From: Fibrobacterales bacterium
Lineage (GTDB): Bacteria > Fibrobacterota > Fibrobacteria > Fibrobacterales > JAOPTW01
Direction: 5' to 3'
Length of the DNA: 64,000 nucleotides
NCBI GenBank assembly: GCA_051532035.1
Contig: JAOPTW010000008.1
Coordinates: forward strand, 96,001-160,000
Numbering within the stretch: position 1 is the first letter of the stretch; every line of letters starts with the position of its first letter. The position numbers were made by a program, and so were the translations under genes. The notes beneath the pieces were generated by a model. It saw only the letters and a program-made list of their open reading frames with translations, made no database searches and was not told the origin of the DNA. Positions 58,601 to 64,000 of the stretch are shown piece by piece.

Positions 58601-59981
58601 TGCGTCATCTGATACTCTTATAGTAAGTTCACCACTAAAAAAATCATTCTCCACACTCACACAACAAAACCTCACCTTATCACTCTCAGTTTCAAATAGT
58701 AACGGTCACGATATCACCACGCTACTCAACATGCCACAATCCCCCTATACTATAAACTGGAGTATTTCTGACCCTACTAAAACCATTGTACCCATTACCC
58801 CTGCACACATCAATTTTAATACGGGTACCCTTCCAGGAAATATTCAAGTAGCCGCAGCGGTCTCTTCGGGAACTAAAACAATAATCCACACATTTTCTAT
58901 TACCCTTATCGAGAGTACCTTAGATTCGCTTTCCGTGATATTCCCTCCTCATTATCTCACATCAACCATCGGTGGCGACACTCTTTCACTTATGTACCTC
59001 GGGCATGACTCCTCATCAAACACACCCATGCTTATCACCCCACCCCTCACCCTCAGTCCCAACCAAGCGGGTACTATCATTGGTTCACATATACATATAG
59101 ACAGTAATTTTATTGGCCCACTTTCAGTCATAGCTACTCTCCCTAATCTATCTGATACACTAACACTCTCCGTGGGGCAGAGTGTCTCTTCTCTGAATAG
59201 TGCCGACACGTTATTTCATGACTCTCTACTCAGCATCGTCCTCCCCGACTCACTCTTTTTATACAATACAGGAACAATTCATCTCCATAAAAGAACCGTC
59301 GAACAACTTTCACTCCGCTCACCGACCACCACGCTCTACAGTGATTTTTACGCACTTGATTACCCCTACGGACAAAAGCCTTATGGACTCCCATCCTTAA
59401 ACTTCTCTATCCCTGAAGAAGATAGAACCAGCAAGCATCCTGCTCTTTTCTATGATGATTCGAGCAACACTTGGCTCCCTTTTACACAGCCTCAAAATAC
59501 TTCTCAGATGTCCTTAGCTACCAAAATACCTACATCTCTTGGCTATAGCATCTTAACAGACTCACTCATTGCGTTTACTGTTATTACTGGGAGAAATGGA
59601 TATTATGGTTTAACCAATGCTTTACGAGACCACACACTCCCCGAACTTGCCATAACACCGAACCCTTTTTCACCCTCTGTAACTGCTGATAGGGATGGAA
59701 ATAGTCAACCAGGAACGCGCATCGATTTTTACCCATTTCACCATGAGTACTCAGAGCTCGAAGTGACACTTACTCTCTACAATATGAATGGTGAAATTGT
59801 ACGTACCCTCGCACAAAATGAACTTTACTCAACCGAACAACAAAGCACCTATTGGGATGGGCTCACTGACTCAAACCGTATGGCTCGCAATGGACGCTAC
59901 CTCCTCCGCTTCACCTCCTGCTCATTTGGTTCCCAGTCTCACATTCAAGATGTTCTTAAGCCAGTGGTGCTTTTTAAATGA
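55674..59981 (+). CDS. Large secreted multi-Ig protein with carboxypeptidase-regulatory-like repeats and C-terminal FlgD-Ig/T9SS-like sorting domain
   Basis: Signal peptide; repeats of G...D....PI....TD..G.F...L..G.Y.....K.GF; C-terminal PNPFSP...LYNMNGEIVR.L...WDG......NGRY. Confidence 0.7.
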   Translation: MCFKNLFLLIVLPSLIYSAITITKQPEYDKITRQTSLSFSATPGIPTNDVRIFVSPISHPTITNFHTSITDLTITTDSDSTAVILFSYPDHLPYGAYYVRITNALQSEYSMEMPALNPSPNPVKINTPSSHDLSSNPTLTWERDGLPAFHLILSSSPIVNTDDLTYFIDNASIVWQTITTENRFTFTPQMEQFPSLLPSQQYTLIIAPSYDINSPLLTDFTTASLLTFTQSERPQTDSSFVAHFENLLGTLPLALTTIQWMSDTSSNNSYELTLLEAKIERGIKSYSEVLTRSTTENYLSLPLNSIVTAGSFRLLLHTLDGSGTVIGADTAAFVIPADSLSGAHTSIVQFLIQTIDNGQTRYLDNATITLTSLKSRSTKVIKSGSHLAPLSQAGYIEVRLEQGPYHITIEKMGFEPYITEASIESTTELIQATLHATPQLLTGRVIDHNKLPIPQLQLILKRFESGHTSMVTTDNLGRYFATVSEGHYSITSARNSQYETITQQISIQRDSVTALQDIIVSHTAHSMTGAIADQTASPIANAQIMVYHKQEHIATTQTDQSGFFQLQLSPGRYTVQTSKQGFSTVRSEHDLFAPLFIDHTLSSTFNTVTGSTRLRRDITQNSTTYQVVPDQQIWIVRQDSTADTLWAKTDEYGYFSLSVPYSGTDAPPDTFIAGTRLSEYAIAALSEPLIFDAPRKVEKTTLTLYLQATITGSFTLSDLSMPPVSHCTASLIDTTTLVSYPTILYRNDSAFVYSVYNIPRGVYRFSINAPGFSQNAPFIMNDLENIIAPRNLYTIPPIVLTPHSEVSTFIAVSQLNNTMPLKATVDLTLPLSRILDTDSTYALPDGIYHYSATAHNDTLLPIAHATLSVTSGDTIMLPFNVAHNPAPLYNSPYPGTYTLTVTSSDSIDSGYVYYETPFGIITDTIIQQTVTPTQTSILFGMPKQIALSAYSFKIFVNGICYSNNQPGHQFITQFSNASSDTLIVSSPLKKSFSTLTQQNLTLSLSVSNSNGHDITTLLNMPQSPYTINWSISDPTKTIVPITPAHINFNTGTLPGNIQVAAAVSSGTKTIIHTFSITLIESTLDSLSVIFPPHYLTSTIGGDTLSLMYLGHDSSSNTPMLITPPLTLSPNQAGTIIGSHIHIDSNFIGPLSVIATLPNLSDTLTLSVGQSVSSLNSADTLFHDSLLSIVLPDSLFLYNTGTIHLHKRTVEQLSLRSPTTTLYSDFYALDYPYGQKPYGLPSLNFSIPEEDRTSKHPALFYDDSSNTWLPFTQPQNTSQMSLATKIPTSLGYSILTDSLIAFTVITGRNGYYGLTNALRDHTLPELAITPNPFSPSVTADRDGNSQPGTRIDFYPFHHEYSELEVTLTLYNMNGEIVRTLAQNELYSTEQQSTYWDGLTDSNRMARNGRYLLRFTSCSFGSQSHIQDVLKPVVLFK

Positions 59982-61507
59982 TGCGATCAATTCTCATAAC
60001 CATGGTACTCTTTTGTACGCTGACCTACTCAAAATCACTGCCACCCTCTCTGGCTATTTATACTCCTGTTGAGCACAATACCACTCTTCTTGAACTTGAT
60101 ATATTACATAAATCCCTTCACATGGCATTTGCACAATCAGGGTACTTCTCAGTCCTCTCAATAGACGAAACAGAAAACCGCCTTACAACTCTGGGCGAAG
60201 AGAGTTCAACAAAATGCCTATCAAACCTCTGTTTTTACCTCACCGGAAGAAAACTCTCAATTGATCTTGCGTTGGGGTCGTACTTTTCAAAAAAAGATGG
60301 GGTCTACTACCTAGAGGTGAGTCTCTATGATATTCATTCACTAGAAAACATTGCTACTGCGTCAAAGTCCATTAAGGCATATCACAAAGAAGACATCGTT
60401 ATCCTGAGTAAAGCTGTCGCAGAGGAACTTACAGGATTTCATACTCCACTAAAGGAGCAGAATAAACCAAAGAATTTTGATTCTAATCATAGCAGTTATG
60501 CTAGTTGGGGCGTTGCAGTTGCATCACTCACTGCTGTAGCCGGATACATCCTCTATGACAACCATCTATTTGACTCAAAGGATGATAACACCACCGTACT
60601 CAGCAGTCCATTAACTCCTAATACGGCAAGACTTTCGGGGCTCCGTGGCTTCTATGCATCGACTCCCTCGGGGGCGCGTTATAAAGCAATGGGCTCTATC
60701 GGTGTCTCTATGGTTAATGATGGATTTGCACCACTCATTAATCCGGCAGGGCTTGTACACCTTACTCATAAAAGCATTACAGTCTCTCACGCAACACTCC
60801 CTGGCGATGTGTCACAACTCTATATGAGTTACTCATCAATGCTCATTAGAAATCTATTTCATAGTCAAGCAGTTACGGTAGAAGGGGATGATCTGGTTAA
60901 AGAGTTTCAATTTCTCTCTTCCTATGCCACAGACCTCTCTCTCTATTCAAAATACCTAACTGCTGTACGTGCAGGTATCACGTTCAAAGGCTATGTTGTT
61001 ACAACGGGCACCGATGGGACAGGCATAGAGAAATCTACTGGCCGTGGGCTCGGCTACGGTGTGGACTTGGGTATTCAATGGAGCCTCCTTAATAACTTTC
61101 ATTTTGGGGCACAACTTAAAGATCTCTATAGTTCAATCCACTATAAGAATACCTTGACCGATTCAAAATACACAGAGGACCTCCCTCCTCTCTTTACCAT
61201 CGGCGGGCATTTTGAAAGTGACTTCGCCCTGAATCTAGGGCTCAGTATTCAAAAAGGCCTCTACGCCGACCAAAAAGATCACCTTTCTCTCGGGTTCGAA
61301 AAACAGATCCTCGGCATCTTGTGGCTTCGGTCAGGTATGACACAAATATTAAATCAAGAGGGGTTTAGAAAGTGGGGTATTGGCTTTGGCTTACAACATA
61401 AGCAAGGGCGCTTTACAGTAAAAATTGACTACAGCTATGATTACGGGTATGAGAACTCAGAAATTTTTAATAAAAAGCAGAACGTTACCATGGCTATTCT
61501 ATTTTAA
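59978..61507 (+). CDS. PorV/FadL-like beta-barrel fused to N-terminal alpha/beta (CsgG-like) domain
   Basis: GAR..AMG......D......NPAGL motif, G.D.G and LR.G motifs, terminal Phe; ATGA overlap with the upstream gene. Confidence 0.65.
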   Translation: MMRSILITMVLFCTLTYSKSLPPSLAIYTPVEHNTTLLELDILHKSLHMAFAQSGYFSVLSIDETENRLTTLGEESSTKCLSNLCFYLTGRKLSIDLALGSYFSKKDGVYYLEVSLYDIHSLENIATASKSIKAYHKEDIVILSKAVAEELTGFHTPLKEQNKPKNFDSNHSSYASWGVAVASLTAVAGYILYDNHLFDSKDDNTTVLSSPLTPNTARLSGLRGFYASTPSGARYKAMGSIGVSMVNDGFAPLINPAGLVHLTHKSITVSHATLPGDVSQLYMSYSSMLIRNLFHSQAVTVEGDDLVKEFQFLSSYATDLSLYSKYLTAVRAGITFKGYVVTTGTDGTGIEKSTGRGLGYGVDLGIQWSLLNNFHFGAQLKDLYSSIHYKNTLTDSKYTEDLPPLFTIGGHFESDFALNLGLSIQKGLYADQKDHLSLGFEKQILGILWLRSGMTQILNQEGFRKWGIGFGLQHKQGRFTVKIDYSYDYGYENSEIFNKKQNVTMAILF

Positions 61508-61522
61508 AAGCATCCTTAGGCC

Positions 61523-62161
61523 CTACTCTTCAATAAGAAAATGGTCGAGAATATCTTTTTCTTCTAAGAGTTCGATAATCGCCTTACTTGGGTTTTTAAT
61601 ATACACCTCATGCCCCTTTCGCATTGCTGAAATTACAATGAGTGATTCGGCATCTATAAAACCTACATGTTCAAAATCGAGAATAACCTTACCTGGTTTC
61701 AATTTTTTAAGGCAATGATTAAATTGTTCAGTTCGTGATACAAACCCTTCAAGTTTTATTATCTGTTCACCAGCATTATTTTCACTAATGCGGCAACTAA
61801 AGGAAATGCCACTTTGACTACGCGCATTCTGTTCGAGCCCTTCGTACTCCTCGCAACTCATGCAGAGTCGTAAATATCCATCAAGCTGTGTCATCTGAAG
61901 AACATTCAACACCGCAGGAGTCATGCCCACAAGTACAAACTGCAAATCAAAGCTATCGAGCAACTTAAATAGTTTTAGAAACATCGTGAGATGCTGACTA
62001 AAAATCGATTCTATATTTTGAAGGTCAAACACCACATCTTTTTGTTCTTGCATCATTTTTTTTTCTACAAACAAATAGATCTCATCAACTAACGATTCCC
62101 GTAACTCACCTGGAGTGAAGCAGTGATACGTCTCTCTGTTACTATAACCCAGTACATCCAT
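61523..62161 (-). CDS. Tandem STAS-domain protein (anti-sigma-factor antagonist-like)
   Basis: VVFDL.NIESI.S..L...V..VL.MT.L, and a second ILDF..V.FID..S domain. Confidence 0.72.
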   Translation of the reverse strand: MDVLGYSNRETYHCFTPGELRESLVDEIYLFVEKKMMQEQKDVVFDLQNIESIFSQHLTMFLKLFKLLDSFDLQFVLVGMTPAVLNVLQMTQLDGYLRLCMSCEEYEGLEQNARSQSGISFSCRISENNAGEQIIKLEGFVSRTEQFNHCLKKLKPGKVILDFEHVGFIDAESLIVISAMRKGHEVYIKNPSKAIIELLEEKDILDHFLIEE

Positions 62162-62162
62162 A

Positions 62163-63794
62163 TTATTTCTTCTTTTCCACAAGAGGAACAGTCACGATTT
62201 TATCACCATCAATTTTAATTTCTACCTTCTTTAATGAATTATTGAATACGTTATACCGCCCACCCAATTCAACCTGAAGCTCAGGGTAGAGTACCTGAAA
62301 GGTTAAGAGTGCATTCACATTTTTGGCCGACATAAACTCTGAAGTTAGGCGACCACTCTCACGCATTAATAACTCTTTTTTTCTGAGTATAATTGTGTAC
62401 TCTTCAATTCCACTCTTAAGCAAGTCAACATCGTTCTCATCTTTCTCTGTTTTAATTTTTAGCCGTAACGATCGCAATCGCTTCTCTCTAACCTCAAGTA
62501 ATTCATCCATTTTTTGACTCAAGGTATCGCACTCTTCCATCTTCTTTTTAAGTGACTCAGAAGACTTGTCTTCAAATACTATTTTTGTAGTAGTTTCTTG
62601 TTTACTGCCACACTGATATATTTCACAAGTCTCTTCCAGTTTTAGAGTCGAAGCGTTTACTTGACAATTGTTTTCTGTTGCATCAAGCTGTCGAGCCGAT
62701 ACATTACAGTTTGTCATAGATTTTTTAACAGTGACCTTTCCTCCAGCCTTAACAGTCGTGTCTTGAATCAGGTAGAGATTCACATCTTTCTTTGCTTTTA
62801 TCTCCCCTTTCTCTTTACCAAAAACCCCTTGATTAATGGTAATGCTCCCCCCCGAGGATTCAATATATGCAGAGTCGACTTGCCCTTCAACTATGACCTC
62901 ACCAGTTGCAACAACTTTGAAATCTGGGAGCACACTCCCCAATATCTGTACATCACCTTCGTACTGAATATTTCCCGATTCAAAGTCAACATCACCTTGA
63001 ACGATATATAAGAGACCAACGCATATGGCACCTTTGTCACGATACAGGTATCCAGAATCTTTAGCCGTAAGCTCATTACCATCTTCAGAAAGAACCGTAT
63101 TCACCCCTGCAAGCATAACAGCTTCTTTACCAGGGGTTGGCTCTATTATTTCACCAAAAACATCTTTCCCCTCTTTACCGGGACTCGGCGGAATACGCAC
63201 CGCAATAAGCTCATTTTTTTTAACCTGCTTTATTTCACCGACATTCCGGAAATCCGCTTGGCCACCATCTATTATAAGGGGTTTTGCCTCTTTATCGACC
63301 TCTATCTCTTCTTTCACCTGCCCATGCTCACCATCTTCTGCAGGAAGCGCACAGGCGACAGTGACCCACGCATCTTTTTCACCTCGTTTAACAACCTTTG
63401 CAATAAGGTCCCAATCTAGGCCGAACCTAACATTCTTCTTAGTAAGGATATACTCGATATCTTGTGTAGTAATATCAAATGAGCGATGCTCTACATCAGA
63501 TGATAAATAGAGCTGTACTTCGGTCGGAGATACTTTAAGCTCTAATACCGAATGCTTCTCTTCATTAAAAAACCTAAATGGAGAGCCTACAAATTCACTT
63601 TTCCCACTCGATGGTGATTCAAGAACTGTTTTAATCCGTTTTAGATCAAAGTTCATTATGTTGGCATTTAATAACTCACGCCTAAAATCATCAATTTTTA
63701 TGAGACCTTGAGATCCACGTTCGAGAGTAAAATAGGTACCATCGTCCCTTATTTCAACCGACAAGTGTTCTTCAAACATGGGAAAGAGTTCCAT
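62163..63794 (-). CDS. fapA: Flagellar assembly protein A (FapA, DUF342)
   Basis: DF.N.G....V..NE.IA...PP..G..G.DVFG, GDVDF.SGNI...GDV.I.G.V beta-helix and a coiled-coil C-terminus. Confidence 0.85.
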   Translation of the reverse strand: MELFPMFEEHLSVEIRDDGTYFTLERGSQGLIKIDDFRRELLNANIMNFDLKRIKTVLESPSSGKSEFVGSPFRFFNEEKHSVLELKVSPTEVQLYLSSDVEHRSFDITTQDIEYILTKKNVRFGLDWDLIAKVVKRGEKDAWVTVACALPAEDGEHGQVKEEIEVDKEAKPLIIDGGQADFRNVGEIKQVKKNELIAVRIPPSPGKEGKDVFGEIIEPTPGKEAVMLAGVNTVLSEDGNELTAKDSGYLYRDKGAICVGLLYIVQGDVDFESGNIQYEGDVQILGSVLPDFKVVATGEVIVEGQVDSAYIESSGGSITINQGVFGKEKGEIKAKKDVNLYLIQDTTVKAGGKVTVKKSMTNCNVSARQLDATENNCQVNASTLKLEETCEIYQCGSKQETTTKIVFEDKSSESLKKKMEECDTLSQKMDELLEVREKRLRSLRLKIKTEKDENDVDLLKSGIEEYTIILRKKELLMRESGRLTSEFMSAKNVNALLTFQVLYPELQVELGGRYNVFNNSLKKVEIKIDGDKIVTVPLVEKKK

Positions 63795-64000
63795 GTGACA
63801 TCCCGTTACTTTAGTTTTTTATAGTATTATGATACGATTTTATAAACCAAAAATCCAGAACTGTGTGCTATCTTCTGAGCTTTTAGTCCCATTTCTCTGC
63901 AAAAATCACCATATTTGAGGAATTCATTGGCTACGAGATATATAACGCCATCTGGCCTAAGTTGTTTTGTACAGCTTTTGAGCCAGATCCGCCCCATATC

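Noticed and set aside
63025..63510. 161-aa + strand ORF and similar Ser-rich antisense ORFs across the window
   Set aside because: They lie fully opposite well-supported genes and have shadow-like composition.
1..64000. CRISPR array, IS elements, prophage or defence island
   Set aside because: No spaced direct repeats, transposase, integrase, phage structural or recognisable defence genes were seen.

Overview
Gene-dense chromosomal window from a low-to-moderate GC, flagellated diderm bacterium. The lineage is most consistent with the FCB group, probably Fibrobacterota; this is inferred from a Bacteroidota-like bS22, a T9SS-like C-terminal domain with a PorV-like protein, and FliW/CsrA. It is mostly housekeeping: aspC-like, rnhA, aguAB, recD2, truA, gatA, pheA, rph, ispG, tRNA-Asn, obgE, lspA, rluD, trkH, dusB and IHF/HU. 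It also holds a late flagellar cluster (flgJ-flgN-flgK-flgL, fliC, fliW-csrA), a FliK-like gene, fapA, a type IV pilin, a squalene synthase, an MMPL/Omp85 pair and a three-gene outer-membrane operon. I found no transposases, integrases, prophage or CRISPR array. The ORF track missed two genes: a Ser/Thr kinase running off the left edge and a 31-aa bS22. The most interesting signals are regulatory and structural. (1) Perfect sigma54 promoters drive flagellin and flgJ, with a shared candidate enhancer palindrome and CsrA-type GGA sites. (2) A repeated DY-x-(V/I)-(D/N)Y-xx-G beta module is inserted in both FlgK and FlgL. (3) An unannotated ~110-nt G-U-rich hairpin follows bS22. (4) A -10 box sits 6-7 nt before the ATG of about nine genes, suggesting widespread leaderless mRNAs. 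All protein calls come from motif recognition by eye; no database searches were run.
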